From Eledone cirrhosa (lineage: Eukaryota), in the NCBI GenBank assembly GCA_964016885.1, contig OZ024742.1, forward strand, positions 154,628,001 to 154,692,000: a DNA stretch of 64,000 nucleotides. Reading direction: 5' to 3'. Positions 38,404-53,891 of this stretch are shown here, piece by piece (within the stretch, counting starts at the first letter, position 1; every line of letters begins with the position of its first letter). The notes beneath the pieces are model-generated. The model saw only the letters and a list, made by a program, of their open reading frames with translations. It searched no databases and was not told the DNA's origin. A program made the translations under genes and the position numbers.

Positions 38404-41400
38404 ACACGTCGCAGGAAATTTTGTTCCCGTAAGTTTGTGATTTTTTAACAGTTTCTATTGCGAACTTTTTGTAAAAAAATATATTTTGTGTTTAAACACA
38501 TCCCGCTTCTTTTGAGGTGGTCGAAAGTAATCGAAAGGATTTAGCACTTCGGGGCTAAATTCCAATTTGAAATTTGCATTTAAAAAAAAAGAAGAAAAAT
38601 GGCGTCATTCAACAAATCTGTTTCTCAAACATGTCTACACACAAAAAATTTCTCCTTCAGCAAGTTATCCTTCTCAGCCTTCTCTTTCTGCACCCAGCTG
38701 TCAGCGTGGAGTCTAGATTTTATTTTCGTCTTCTTCATCGTAACACAGTGGACGTCAGGAAAGGCCATTTCTTTCTCTTCTTCATCAAGCGGCGGTCGAG
38801 AAGTGGCTGCTGCTGATGCATTTGACAACAAAGGAGGTAGCAGCAGCAGCGGCAGTATTAACAATAACACCAGTGGTAGCAGTAGCAGCACCAGCAACAC
38901 CAACAACACCATTTGCAGCATTAGCAACAACAAGACCAGTAGTAGCAGTAGCGGCGGCAACAATGGCGCCACTGAAAAATAGACCATCTCTTTTGCAAAG
39001 GTGGCTCGCAACGTAGAACCAGTCATGATCACTAAAGAGGAGATGGTGGCCGCAAGACACGCGGTAACCAGAACTGAATTTTCAGTGTCCTTGAAACCAC
39101 CAACCAACTTCCTGGAGGAAAAAAGAGCGACGCACAGTGTCATACCGCACGATTGCCACGAAATCGCGTCGTGTGGAGAGAAACTCGGAGGCCCAAAGAA
39201 GGCATTGGGGACTGTGTGGGCACTGAAAGCCCACATCACCCGTTGCAAGAAATATGCTACTGTGGACGTCTTTTTGGCTACCACCCAGGAAGCAAAATCG
39301 CATTCACCGAGGACCCTACGGAGTGATGACATAACGTTAGTCCCGTTTTACTACGGGAAAAAATTGCAACGGTCAGGGTAACCCAGGTACCAGCCTACGT
39401 ACCCGTGCCTTGACTGGTCGTGACTGTTCTTGCGAGCATCGAGGATAGAATAACCATTATGCAGGTACAGAAGTTGGGGAGAGAGGACTGGTCCGGTATT
39501 GGAATGGAGATGCTCATCCAGACCGACCAGGACTGCATCAACGCTATTCTCGACGTAATAGACTTCGGGAAAGGCTCCCAACTTCCCATAACTGTTGAAG
39601 CAAACACCCAAAGTGCTTCAACTGTGGATTGAAGTCTCACCTCAGGGCTTTCTGCCCACAGAAAATAACAAAGGCCAAAGTACCCCTCCTTCCAACGCCA
39701 GAAGCGATACCATCAGAAACAGAGCAGTCGGCGAAAAGGTCGGGTGCTTCTACAGAGAGTAAGAAAACAACGTCCGTGGCACCCACACCAAAGCCACGGA
39801 CAATAAAAACAGCGGCGGCAGCTGCGGCAACAGAAACATTGGAACTAGCTGCACTTTTGCCAAATACGGCATACCAGGCTCCACCACCACTACCACCACC
39901 AACACCAACAAAGACAGATGAGAGGGTAGAACTCATACCCCTCCCCGACCTCTCACAGTCGGACAAGGAGTACGAGGCGGCTGAGAAGTGTAAAATGGTT
40001 GTCAACAAAAACATCAAACGCAAAATCAATACAGCTTCTCCCTCCAAAAGTGAAAGCAAAGAAAGAGGGATAAAGACTGCAAGGAGACTTGCAGCAACAC
40101 CACCACCATCACCATCACCGCAACAAGCATCATCACCAAAAACAACCACACCACCACAAGCATTACCAAAAACACCGACATCGCAATCACAACAAGCCAC
40201 ACACACCCAACAGCATCAAAATCAATACTCACCTAAGAAGTACACAGCCATAAATATCACACAAAGGATTAATGGAATATATAAAACAACACACAGACAT
40301 TAGAGACTCATAATACCACACCACACCAACACCAAGAACATTACCCCAAAACATTACAATTGTCGAAAGTCCCCAAGCAAATATTCCCCAACGCAGTTGG
40401 AGATTTCAGGGGGACACTCTACAAAATAATATATGCCGATATCATCTTGGAGACACCCATGACCAGCTGAGGGGACGGTTCTACTGTCCCTTCCCCACAC
40501 GATCGAGGTAAGTGTTCCTTTCTCACTTACCCCGTTTGCACAACCAGGATGGCCGTACTTAGTATAGGCAGTATAAATGTACGTGGCTTGGGGTCATCTC
40601 GGAATCAGGGTCACCTGCTCAACGACCTCAGGTCACTAAACATAGATGTGGTGGCCATCAGCTAGACCAGCATCTCCGAAGCACGAGCCTTCGCACCGAT
40701 CTTCGGCGGCTACGATGTATACGCATCTCCCAGTCGTCTGGGATCGGGAGGAGTTGATGTTATTTTTCGGAGTGGCTTGGATCTCGCCATACGGGCCATC
40801 TTCCTGGACCCAGAAGGTAAGTCGATGGTGCTGGACGTGACCCGCAGCGAAGGCAATGCTTTCAGGCTAGTAGCCGTCTACGCCCCAACAGGGGCAGGAC
40901 GGTCAGATTTCTTCAGACGTCTAGAGACCTTTGTTGGAACGTCCCCCTCGTTAGTGTTAGTGGGCGACTGGAACAGTATCTTAGATGTATTCTGGGATTA
41001 AATGGGGTTAGTAGCCAGAGGAGGAGGGTATAAAAGCGTCAACAACCTACTCAGAAGGTTTGAAATGTCTGACAGGTATAGACTGGATTATCCGAATGTG
41101 CCAATGTGGACATGGGCAAACCGCATCGGATCATCCTAATCGTGTTTATATAGGGTATTCTGTAGGGAAAAAGATAAAACTAGTGTAGGTCGTCCACAAT
41201 TTAAAGTAGTCAACTACACGGACCACAAATTTGTGATCAGTGAAGTTGACTTAGATAGACTCCATAAGCAAGGGCCCGGTTACTGGAAGCTGAACGCGTC
41301 GTTCTTGGCACGCAAAGATTACAGAGACCGGATTAGCGAATTAGTTAAGCGTGCGTTGACAAGTGCGATCGTCGACAAAGGAGTAGTGATTGAGGAAAAT

Positions 41401-44126
41401 AAAGGAAAATTGAGGAAAATTGAGTAGAGGGAGAGCTAGTAAGAAAGCTAGAAGAGGCGTTTAGGACAGGTATCGCAACAGACGTGCTTTCGGCGAGATT
41501 GGCACTCGACCAATTCTTCAATGCAAAGCATGAATAATGCGTAGTCAGAGCTAGAGCGTGTGCTCTGAGACACGAGGAGACGAAAGCCGTTCAATGGGCC
41601 CGGGTGGGGGAGGCACAACGTGGCAACAAATCCATAATTCGGTCTTTGCCTGATCAGAACGGGCGCATGCTGCTCGGACCCGAGCAGATGTGTGCAGATT
41701 TTCAACAGAACTTTTCTCAATTGTTCGGGAGCGGCGGCGGGCCGGATCGGAGTATGGACCTCGGTGCATGCGTCGACGGACTGCCGCGCCTCTCGACGAC
41801 CGCAGCACAGTACTGCGAAAGGCCGATAACAGCAGAGAAATAAGGGAAGCGGTATCTGACTGCACGAAGGGTAATTCGCCAAGTTTGGATGGTCTGCCCT
41901 ACAAGCTTTATGCGTACATGCCAGACTTGTTCAGCGACCTCTTGGCAGATGTCTACTGCAACTGGCAGCAGAACGGGAGAATTCCCAGTTTTTTTTAGCC
42001 GGGGAACGTTGGCGCTGCTGAGAAAAGACCCTAACAAAGGGGACATTATAGTCAACATCAGGCCCATAACTCTGCTAAATGCAGAGTTCAAGAATTTGGC
42101 CAAGGTGTTAGCAAAGAGATTGGTGCTTGTCGTTGGTGGTCTGGTGGGAGATGCGCAGACATGCGTCATTCCCGACTGATCCATCCACGACAACATCCAT
42201 CTCATGCGATACATCGTAGAGAGGGTAGCTAGGGAAGTTGGCACGGGTGGGGCCCTGATCAACTTGGATCAATCTAAAGCTTTTGATAGGGTCGATCCTC
42301 GGTACCTGACTGAGCTCCTCAAGGCGGCCGGCTTCGGGCCCGTTTTTAGGAGCTGGATCGCTGCGATGCACAGTGACATCTGCTCGATTGTGAAGGTGAA
42401 TGGTCCTCTGTCGCAGCCTTTCAACTTCATGCGCTCGGTTCGCCAAGGTTGTCCCTTCTTCTACGTACTGGTCCTCGAGCCATTACCACACAAATTGGAG
42501 ACCATGATGGGGGGATCCCTTGCGAACTGTGATGCGGGAGATCCGTGCCGGCTTACGCCGACGACATCACCGTGGTGGTGTCGAGCACCAAATACGTCCA
42601 GACGCTCGGCACCGCTCTCAAGGAATACGAAGCGGTGACAGGAGCAAAGATAAACCGGGAAAAGTCGGTTGGCTTGCAACTCGGCATCTGGAGAAGAAAT
42701 TCCATGCCGTCCGACAGCTTTGTGGGGCGTTGGACGGAAGGACTGGTTAAATTGCTTGGGGTTTGCTCTGTCCAGACTTCCAGATGGAGAAAACCTGGAG
42801 CGAGTTGACGAGCAGGGTGGATTCTCTCGCCCAGAAATGGGCCGAGAGGAGGCTGTCTCTGAAACGTCGGACGGAGGTGGCGAATGCGCACATAGCGTCC
42901 GTCATCTACTATCGCCTGACCGTCGTATCTTTCTCCCGTCTAACTCTGACGAAAATGGAGCGCCTTCTCTTCCGCTTTTTGTGGAAGGGACGTGCTTCCC
43001 TGGTCAGACCATCCGTTTGCTGTCAACACCCGTTGCATGGAGAACTAGGCATGCCGTGGCTGATGAGGGGAAAAACATGTGCTGAGGCTGTGACACCTCT
43101 GGTGCTTCCTTGACGGTGAACAGTTGTGGTGCTTCCTTGACGGTGAACAGGGCTGGTCCCGAGCTCCTCTCTTGACGGAGCTTCAGTCCTGGATCAGGAA
43201 ACGACTGAGGGATAGCGCCTGGAAGCTGGAATGCCTCCAAGCGCTCATGGCCCTCTACCGGCTGGGCACTAGTATCGGTGGAACATCCACCTCGGTGTTC
43301 TATAAAGGCCTAATGGAGGGAAAGAGCGACGACATTCTATGGGTGACCCTGGACGTCGAAGAACATCAGCTGTTCGCTCTCTTCAAGAGGACTTTCAGAC
43401 CGGGGCCTATGGACAACTTCCAGAAATCCCTGGCCTGGCAATACTACCGGGGAGCGTTGCCGGTTCGGAAGGTGCTGTCAGCCGAGCCTGTCCACGATTC
43501 ACGCAGGGCGACGCAACCGTTTGGCACGCACTCGTTCAGTGCCCGAGGATTGCTGACTTGTGGAGGTATGTTGAACAGCTGCTGTCGCGTGTAGGACGGA
43601 TCCGGTTATCGACTGAGTCCATTGTGCAGATAGCCCCGCCATTCTCCTTTAAAGAGGAGGATGGGCAGGCAGTTTTCATCTGCCTGGTGGCCATGTCAAA
43701 AGAGATTGTGTGGTGGACAAGATTGAAAGGATTGAAGACGGACACTTTCCTCTCCGGCCAATCTCTGATTAACTTTTTCAAGTTTCACTTGAAGAGAAAA
43801 ATCAGAGTGGACAGGAAAGTGCTGTCTTCTAGTAAGTTTGTTGAAAGGTGGGTGAAAGTGGCGAGTCTGGTCCAAGTGAACGGGCCCGCACTGTTTATAC
43901 GCCCCTAGACTGGAAAATTTGGAGAGGGCGCTTGCACTGGTGGTCAGGGTGGCCGTGGTCTTTTCTGTGTGGTTTGCTCCACGAGTGACCCTCGAAGCTT
44001 TCCTCCTTATTGGGGGATTTTTGTTTTTCGAATTTTTTTGGAATTCTATTCCCGATTTGGTTATAACATGTTTACACGGCCAAAAGCCACTGTTCTGTGT
44101 TAGCCCTTGCGACCAATAAAGAAACC
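38404..44126 (+). mobile_element. Full-length decayed Tx1/L1-clade LINE (copy B, divergent subfamily)
   Basis: ORF2 starts at ATG 40549 (MAVLSIGSINVRGL). LVGDWN, PITLLN, LDQSKAFDRVD, YADD and CPR..HALVQC. AATAAA at 44115 and (ATT)n on both flanks. Confidence 0.92.
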
Positions 44127-44150
44127 ATTATTATTATTATTATTATTATT

Positions 44151-47100
44151 GGCGACCTACGTAGTAAATCGTATTATCGTGAGCTCCGCAAAGGTTTGTT
44201 ATTTTCAGTTGTTTAAAATTGCCATTTATGGAAAATGTTTTTTGTAAAATGTATATGAGTGCACATACATTGTTTTATGAATAGGACGCTCAAAAAGATT
44301 GGGGCCTTGAACCCAAAATTTAAACTTTTATAATTATCAAACAAAACTTTTTCTTTTAAATAAATCAAGGACGACTCAGTTTCACGCCTTCCTCACAAAC
44401 TAACACCTCACACAGACACCACCATTGTAAATATTACTACGTTTGCCAACACTAAAAATATAAGCAGTAACAATATTTTAAATTTGTCTCATGCAGACAT
44501 TCATTTCCCACCATTGCCAATGACTGCAGGTGTCGAAGCCGCCAGCCCCACCACCGCCACCAGAGAAACAACAGAAACAGAATAAATAAATAAATTATCT
44601 CGTGACATCGAAATGGATTCACCCAAAATGAAGTCTTCCACACCGAAAACCACTGACGCCACCACCACCACAACTGAAACTAAAAATAACAATAACAAAA
44701 ATAACGATAACAACAACAGCAACAACAACAATGAGAATAAGAATACCACCCTGTCTTTTGCCAGAGCAGCAAAAAAGTGCGAAGCAATCCAGGTAACTCA
44801 GGAGGAATTAGATGAAGCCAAAAGAATGGTAAAGAAAGATGGGTACAGGGTCAGCCTCACGCCCCCCCCCCCCTCCCCAACACCACCACCTAATAAAATG
44901 GAGCATCGACGCCTATGCATCGTGACTTATCGGACGATTAATATAAAATCGCGCCGAGTGGAACGGGCATCTGAGTCCCAAATCCAAAAAGCTTTGTGAC
45001 GTGTGTGGGAAAAAAAACCCACATCAGACGTGGGCAGAAATATGGAACCGTGGACGTGTTCTTTGGAACACCACAGGAGGCAGGAGAACACTCCATGACT
45101 CCATTAACAAGTGACGACTTCACACTCGACCCAAGCTATTGTGGCCAGAGACTTGTCAAGATCAGGGTGACCCACGGTCCACCGGCCACCGAAATTCCCT
45201 GGCTAATGTCTGCCGCCCTCGCCGGCATCGAGGCCAAGATAATCGAAATAGCGAAAGAAAAGCAGGAGAACTGGTCCGGATCTGGGATGGAGCTCCTGAT
45301 CCAAGCGGACCAAAATAGCATTGCGGAGATCCAAGAGGTAATATACCACACTGACGGCAGCCACTTCACCGTAAGCGTCGAGGGCAGAAGGCCTACGTGT
45401 GTCGTTTGTGGTGAAGGAACCAACCTAAGGGCTTTCTGCTCTCAGGCTAAAGGGTTGAAGCCACCTCTCTTACCCACCCCAGTGACTCAACCATCAACAC
45501 CAACACCAGCAGAAATGGCAGCAACAACTGTAGCAGCAACAACAGAAGCAACTGTAACAGCAACAACCCCAGCAACAGTAGCAAAACCAACACCACCACC
45601 TCCCAACGCGCCAGAACTAGCACCAGCGCCTACATCATCCACCACGCCACAACCAAAACCAACGCCTATGGAGGATTTTCCACTCCGCGGCCTATCACAA
45701 CTGGAGACACATTTTGACGACGAGGAGTGGGAAAAGGTATCTGGAAAAAAAAAAAGAAAAAAAATGATATTCCCTCCCCCTCCAAAAACAAAATACAGAG
45801 GGAAACAAATAAATTATCAAACAAAAAATTTAGGACAGATATGCCACCATCCACACCAGCATCACCAACCCCATCACCACAAACACCAACACCATCACCA
45901 TCATGAACCCAAACACCACCATCAGCAACACCACAAAAGTCACCAAAAAGCGAAACAGAAAAAACCCCACAACAAACGCAATCAAAACAAAACAACCAAA
46001 ACGATACACACTACACAGCATTAAATTTGATTGGCAGTATCGGTAGAGGGTTGGACGCCATGCTTTCCAGCATAGTTACGTCCCTTTACGATCTGAGTTC
46101 AAATCCCGCCGAGGTTGACTTTGCCTTTCATCCTTACGGGGTCGATAAAATAAAGTACCAGTAATGCACTGGGTAATTGCTGGCCTTGTGCCTAAAGTAG
46201 AAACAATTAAATTTGAACAACAACCAATTATTACACTACATCCAACACAGCACCAGCATCACAGAAAAAGACTACACAACAACCCAAATGTTCACACCAT
46301 CTCCACACATACAAATTACACGCATCACACAGAAAACGTACACGACACTAAAACAAAAATTCCGCAAAGACATCGGAGACTTCCGAGAAGCAGTCTCCAG
46401 GAGGATATATAAGGACATCCTTCCGGAGGGGGCCACAAGCAAAGAAAGGGATGGAGAAATCATCCTTCCTCTACGAGAAGTAAGGTAAGTGGTCTTTCCA
46501 ATATTTTCCACTCTATTTCAACATGACCTCACTCAGAATAGGCAGCATAAATGCACGTGCCTTGGGGCCGTCATGGAATCAGGGCCACCTGCTCAACGAC
46601 CTCAGTTTCTCTAATCATATATGTAGTGGCCATCAGCGAGACCAGAATCTCCGAAGCACGAGCCTTCGCACCGATCTTCGGCCGCTACGATGTGTACGCA
46701 TCTCCCAGCCGTACTGGATCGGGGGGGAGGAATTTTTCGGAGAGGTTTGGATCTCGCCATACAGGCCATCTTCCTGGACCCAGAAGGTAAGTTGGTGGTG
46801 CGGGACGTGACAAGCAGAGATGGGCAAGCTTTCAGGCTAGTGGCCGTCTATGCACCGACAGGAGCAGAGCCGCCTGATTTCTTCCGGCGTCTGGTGACCT
46901 TTCTTGGAACGTCCCGCTCTTTAGTGTTAGTGGGCGACTGGAACGGGATCTTAGATGCACGCTGGGATTGTGTGGGATTAGCGGATCGGGGAGGTGGGTG
47001 TAAGAGCCTCACCAACCTGCTCAGGCGTTTTGAACTCTCTGAAATGTACCGATTGGATTTCCCGAATGTGCCAATGTGGACTTGGACAAATCGCATAGGT

Positions 47101-50100
47101 TCATCAAGATCATATCTAGATTGAGTATTTTGTAGGGAAATAGATAGGTCTAGCATAGCCTGTCCACAATTCAAGATAGTCAGCTACACGGATCACAAAT
47201 TCGTGATCTGTGTGCATGACTTAGATAGGCTTCATAGACGAGGAGCCGGCTATTAGAAGCTAAACGCGTCTTTACCAGCGCGCAAGGCCTACAGAGACCG
47301 GTTTAGCGAACAAGTTAAGCGGGCGTTGACGTAGGCCATCTTCAAGAACAAGTGGTGGTTTGCTCTGAAAAGACCAATTAGAATAGAGTCAATTAGGTTT
47401 AGTAAGGCTTTAGCAATAGAGAAAAATAGAGCAGAGGGAGAATTTTTTAGAAAATTAGACGAGGCGCTTAGCAAAGGCATAGTATTTGCAGCGAAGTTGG
47501 CCCTTGACCAATTCTACAATGCAAAGCACGAAGGCTTCGTTGTCAGAGCTAGGGTGCGTGCACTCAGACACGAGGGGACGAAAGCCGTTCAATGGGCCCG
47601 AGTGTCGGAGGCGCGTCGTGGCAACAAAGCCACGAACCTGTCTTTGGTGGACCACGACGGGCGCATGCTACTCGATTCCGGGCAAATGTGGGAAGCTTTT
47701 CAGCGACACTCCGCACAGCTGTTCGGGGGCAGCGGCGAGCTGGATAGAGTCATGGACTTTAGTGTCTACCTCGACGGACTGCCGCGGCTCTCGGCCACTG
47801 AGGCGGTGTTACGAAAAGCTGATAACAGCCGCTGAAGTACGGGAGGCAATGACTGGCTGCACTAGGGGTAAATCGCCTGGTTTGGATGGTCTGCCCTATT
47901 AACTTTACCATCAGATGCCAGACTTGTTCGGAGGCCTCTTGCCGGACGTCTACTGCAACTGGTAACAGAACGGGAGAATTCCCAGCTCTGTGATCCGAGC
48001 AGCTGTGGCGCTGCTGAGAAAGGATCCGAACAAGGGGGATAACATATAATTTTAGGCCCATAAGCGTGCTAAACACAGAGTTCAAGATTTTGGCCAAGGT
48101 GCTAGCAAAGAGGTTGGCGCTTGTCTGGTGGTCTGGTGGGAGAGGCGCAGACATGCTCCATTCCCGAGAGATCCATCCACGACAAACTCCACCTCATGCG
48201 ATACATCGTAGAGAGGGTAGTTAGGGAACCTGGAACAGATGGGTCCTTGATCAATTTAGATCAGTCGCAAGCTTTCGATTGGGTCGACTATCGTTACCTA
48301 GCTGCAGTCCTGAGGGAGGCTGGCTTTGGGCCAGTCTTCAGAGGCTGGATCGCTGCCATGCACAGCGACATCTGCTCTGTGGTGAGAGTGAACGGTCACC
48401 TCTTTCGGAACCGTTCAACATCATGCGCTCGTTCCGCCAAGGATTTCCCCTCTCGTCCGTCTTGTAGGTATTGACTCTCGAGTCATTACTGCACAAACTG
48501 GAGACGTTGAGGGGCGTCCCGCGCGAACTAGGATGCGAAAGATCCGTGTCAGCATATGCGGAGGATGTCACCGTAGTGGTGTCGAACGCCAAACACATCG
48601 AGGCGATCGGCACTACACTAAGAGAATACGAAGCGGTTACAGGAGCAATGATCAACCAGGAAAAGTCAGTGGGTCTGCAGCTCGGCACCTGGAGAGGCAG
48701 GTTCATGCCGTCGAACAGCGTCGTCGTGCGCTGGACGGACGGACCGGTTAACTTGCTCGGGGTCTGGTTCGGTCCGGACCTCAAGACGGACAAAAACTGG
48801 ACGAGGTGACGAACAGGATGTCTTCTCTCACCCAGAAATGGGCCGAGAGGAAGCTATCCCTGAAAGGTCGAGCGGAGGTGGCTAACGCATATATTGCGTC
48901 CGTCATCTACTACCGCCTGACCGTCGTACCTTGTTCTAAGCTCCCCCATCCCCCTGAGTGCGCTGGAGCGTTTGCTCTTTCGCTTTTTGTGGAAGGGACG
49001 CGTTCCGATGGTCAGGCGGTCCATCTGCTGTCAACACCTGCTACGTTGAGGGCTGGGAATGCCGTGGCTGATGATGCGCAAACACGCGCTCAGGCTACGA
49101 CATCTCCACATCTTCCTCGACGGCAATGAGGTGTGGTCGCCGTTTGGTAGACGCGTCTTTCCCCAGCTCGTCTCCTTGACGGAGCTGCAGTCCTGGGTCA
49201 AGCTAAGACCGAGATGGAGCGCTTGGAGACTGGAATGTCTTCAGGCGCTCACAGCCCTCGACCAATCGGGCAATGTGATCGGTGGAAGCACCACCTTGGC
49301 GTTGTATAAAGGATTAGTGGAGGGGAAGAGCGACGACGGACTTGGGGAAGCTCTAGGCGTCGACGAAAATCAATTAGCCAATCTCTTCGGAAGAACTTTC
49401 GGGCCGAGGCATATGGACAACTTCCAGAAATCCCTGGCCTGGCAGTGCTACCGGGGAGCTTTGCCAGTTCGGGATAAACTCTACAGGCATGGAGGTGCTG
49501 TCAGTCGGGCATGTCCGAGATGCATGCAGGGCGACGAAATCGTCCTGCGCGCACTCGTCCAGTGTCCGAGCATTGCTGACTTGTGGGTTTATGTCGAATA
49601 CCTGCTGACGCGTGTAGGACGGATCCAGCTATCAGCTGAGTCCATCGTGAGGATTGCCCAGCGCTCTTCCTTTAGCCGGGAAGGGCAGGTAGTTGTTATC
49701 TGTGTGGTGGCCATGACGAAAGAGATAGTATGGTGGGCACGTTTGAAAGGGCTGAAGACGAGCATTTACCTCTTCAGTGATGCCCTGATTAACTTCCCAG
49801 CATTTTGTTGAAAGATGGGTGAGAAAGGCAAGAATGGCCCGAGTGAATGGGCCTACTCTGAGTATGTGTCTGTAAATTAAAGGTGGAAAACTGGGAGTGG
49901 GCACTTGCCCTGGTGGTCAGGTTTACTGTGGCTTTTTAATGGGCTTTATCCACGAATGTCAGAGGTCTCCCCCTATTGGGGAATTTTTCATTGTTCTATT
50001 ATTACATCCTCTGTTTCTTTATTTTTTTACACGCAGAAATGCCGTTTTGTACCTTCCTGTATTGTCCTGTACTGTCCTTAATGTCTACTTTGTGTAAACC

Positions 50101-50120
50101 CTTGTGTTTAATAAAGAAAG
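44151..50120 (+). mobile_element. Full-length decayed Tx1/L1-clade LINE (copy C, same subfamily as A)
   Basis: Starts GGCGACCTACG like copy A and is colinear with it. ORF2 ATG at 46523 (MTSLRIGSINAR). AATAAA at 50110 and (ATT)n on both flanks. Confidence 0.92.
46031..46205 (+). mobile_element. SINE inserted in ORF1 of LINE C with an 11-bp TSD
   Basis: TSD ATTAAATTTGA at 46020-46030 and 46206-46216. The empty site is present in copy A near 19877. Confidence 0.95.
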
Positions 50121-50136
50121 TATTATTATTATTATT

Positions 50137-50323
50137 AACTTTGCCTTTCATCCTTAATGGGTCGATAAAATAAAGTACCAGTAATGCACTGGGTAATTGC
50201 TGGCCTTGTGCAAAAGTAGAAACAATTATTATTATTATTATTATTATTGAGGATGGTGGATTTGCAGAATCGGTAGCTTGCCAGACGATATTATGGTCCT
50301 TTACTTTCTGAGTTCAAATCTCG
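50137..50323 (+). mobile_element. SINE 3' half in the (ATT)n tail of LINE C, followed by a diverged SINE head
   Basis: ACTTTGCCTTTCATCC..GTAGAAACAATT(ATT)n, then GGTGGATTTGCAGAATCGGTAG..CTGAGTTCAAATC. Confidence 0.8.
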
Positions 50324-52648
50324 TTTGCATCATACACATGAAAGTGATTACGATATCTTTCTTTTGAACTTATTTTAAATCCGCAACATATCTTCATATC
50401 TATCTAGATATTAACCTATATATATATATTATTCGCAATTGTAAGTATAGTTAATTCTAACTATAGTGTTATCAGGCTGAATATTCTAAAACATTGTTAT
50501 GCTTTTGGAAAGAATATCTTTTAGTATTTTAATCAGCATCGCCTCTAAAACTTTACACTAATTTAATTGAATAATACAATTGAAAACGGCAGCTCAGAAT
50601 GACCTCGTTCGGATAAAAAAAAAGAAAATAGTTAATAATCTATGTAAGTGTGTGTGTGCAGTTATGGATATTCAAACATACACCGATATTAACAGCGAAT
50701 AGTCTCGCAAAGTTTTTATCCGGTAGATAAAATACCGAACGAAGCTTCAGGAAATATCTTGTAAAGGGTGAGTAGTTCAAGTATAGATAAAAATGTTTCA
50801 AATTTCTGCTTCAATAAAATCAACTACTATGTAGATGTGATGGTTAAGTTAATTGATAATTCCTGCGTTGTACTCAATGTATTGTACATGATGTTTCTAA
50901 ATTAAACGTTGTTGGTGTGCATGTCACTTAATACTGCTCATAAATTCGTAGATTTGGGGAAGGAAAAACTGCAGGATTTAATTCTTCGTTATTGTACAAC
51001 AGGACGATTACTGTTGGAAAGTGTTCCGGACGATTACAATATTATATTCGTTTATTGGCCACTGATTCGAGGTGAAGCAATGAAAGAGCGGAATGAAACG
51101 ACATGCTGATATCTTGGATCTTAATAATCCCTGAACGAGTCCCAACAACTATTAACGTGTCTGCATTTAAAATTTAATAGAGAGTATTTTACTCTATGGT
51201 GTTAATGGATATTGCATCTGAGCAAATCACTGTGGATATAGCATGTTAAATAATGTGATATCTGTAACAGATGCTTCAGGTCTGAGCCTTTTATCTGTAC
51301 GTGGATTCATCTGATAAAAATTGTGTCTCCACTTCGGATGGTCTATTCGCAAGTAGCACATTATTTCAGAAGGTGTCTGCTTGTAAAATAAAGCCATAGA
51401 GATGTGTGATATGACACAATAATCTGTCGAAAGATGTGTACGTTATTTTAGCTACTGAATAAAAGTGGTGTGTAACAACTAATAATAGCTCAAGTTTCGA
51501 TGGAATTTCTGAATAGCCAATGATTTCAAGCAAGTGTTGCGTATGTAAGATGTGGCAACGGAACTAAAATTGCAATGTCTAAAATTGCTACTTCGCTCAA
51601 CAACTGTCTAATCTACGAGTATATCATTCTCTAAAATAATTATATGTAAAATTAATCAGTAAATAAGTGTAAAAAGCGAATTTACAGCTTCATTATAGAT
51701 TAATTAATACACACAGGAACAATAAAACTGATTGGTGGATTTATTCCTGGTTAATTATCATCACGTCCGTAGATGCAGAATCAAGGATCTTGCATGTAGA
51801 ACTAAAGACAATCGGTACATAATTTTCAAAACCAAATTAATATGAGCGTAGGACTAACGATACACAATTTTAAATTATTTACAAAAACAATTGTAGCAGG
51901 AAAACAAGTTGGTTTTTCACTTATATATTTTCCATAGGTCTTATTCGCCATTATGTCTATGTATATTATTATGTTCATTCAAATTTGATTGTTTGACATT
52001 GCTTTTCGAAAATTGGAGTTTTTATAGTTTTATGTTTGTCATATTAATAGTATATTAATTAATAGCATATATTGTAATATTTGTGAAAGTGTATATAAGG
52101 ATGTGTCTGGTTTACTTATTATCACAAGTTATTTTTAATAAAGCCTATTCATTAATATATCACAAACGTTACGTTTCTTAGTAACTACAACTCTTAATTC
52201 ATTACTGAATTAGGCTTCCATAACTTTTGTTTTGTTCTTCTTTAATGGTAATTTTATAATTAACTTCAATTAATATGTATTATTAAAATTGTATGCTCTA
52301 ATTGTTGACCGATAACTTTAATTTACTGAGCAGTATAGGTGTGTCTGTGTGTAATTAGTTTAGAATTATATATTTAGTTAGTGCACGTTATATATGTATT
52401 ACTAATCATTTTTAACTGTATATTGAGGCTTTCATAATATTTTAATGTTTCCTAACAATATTTCAGTTCGCTTGCATTTTCTGATATCTGCGACTTCCGT
52501 ATGGGTAGGTATTGGTAAATATTAATGCTATTCAATAGATTCTGAAGAGATTAATATAGATTGTATATTCAGATTATTTCAATCGAAAAGTTGAAAAGTT
52601 CGCCAATCAATTAGATGACTTAATTTAAATCCTGGTTATTATGAATTC

Positions 52649-52693
<45 letters not shown>

Positions 52694-53161
52694 TGAGGTT
52701 ACCTCCCTTTGTGAGAACCATGTGCCTCTGGGGTGTTTACTGCTAGAAAGCACGCCCGTAAGGAACATAACGAATGACTTGTTGACGAAATAAGTTCTTT
52801 TGTTGTGTCGTCAAAAGCCATTAACTTACCTGCAATTGGATTTTGTCGATTTGGGATTTACAGAAACCTAGCGGAGATGTTGTATGTTGTATGTGATGTA
52901 TATTGTATGGTATACATTATGTGTTGCATGTAATGTCTACGCGATATTCCAGGTCAGTCAAAAGTTTTTCCTGAGTTCAGTTTTTTTCGTCGACATGGTC
53001 TCTGCGGCCCGTCTATCAGTCGCTGTATTTGATTTGCAAAGCTGTCTAAACGTATTGTTATAACTCTGGGGTAATATTATCCATTGAGTGCTTAGCTGCA
53101 CACCGAAATTGCATTCGTTAGCTTGGCTGGTATCAAAAGCTTCGTTGATGCTGTACTAAAT

Positions 53162-53217
<56 letters not shown>

Positions 53218-53378
53218 TATATGTATGTTTATATCTATACTTTTAACTGTTGGTCAATTAATGATAAACATTGATTGCCAGCTAAATTAACTATAGGGAT
53301 ATGAAATATACGGAAGCAAAAATCAACCCTAACTAAAATTGAGTGCGTTTTATATATATATAAGCTTCCAAACGACTT

Positions 53379-53589
<211 letters not shown>

Positions 53590-53847
53590 TCGTTTGGAAG
53601 CGTCGACAATGCAGATGGGTAAATCTCTGGGTAAGAAGATCCGGTGGTGGAGAGAGACATGTAAGTGTGTGTACGCTGAGATACGTGGCGTGTACAGAAG
53701 ATCCCGTTAAGGGTGAAAGCAGCGATTCTTTGCTTAAACTTTAATCTGTTATTTTAATAAATATTTGCTCTACGGTTCTTATATATTTGATATATATTTA
53801 TCCTTATCGAGCCCTCTTTGGATTTTAGTCATCAAATTTATTATTAT

Positions 53848-53891
<44 letters not shown>

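Noticed and set aside
44115-44135. Shared GAAAC(A/C)ATTATT end between the Tx1 LINE and the SINE, suggesting a partnership
   Set aside because: The match is too short, and SINE copies insert at non-(ATT)n sites with ordinary TSDs.
50909-51109. Possible host exon (also 5715-5794 and 25292-25483)
   Set aside because: Short frames with no recognisable domain and weak splice context. Would need RNA-seq or homology support.
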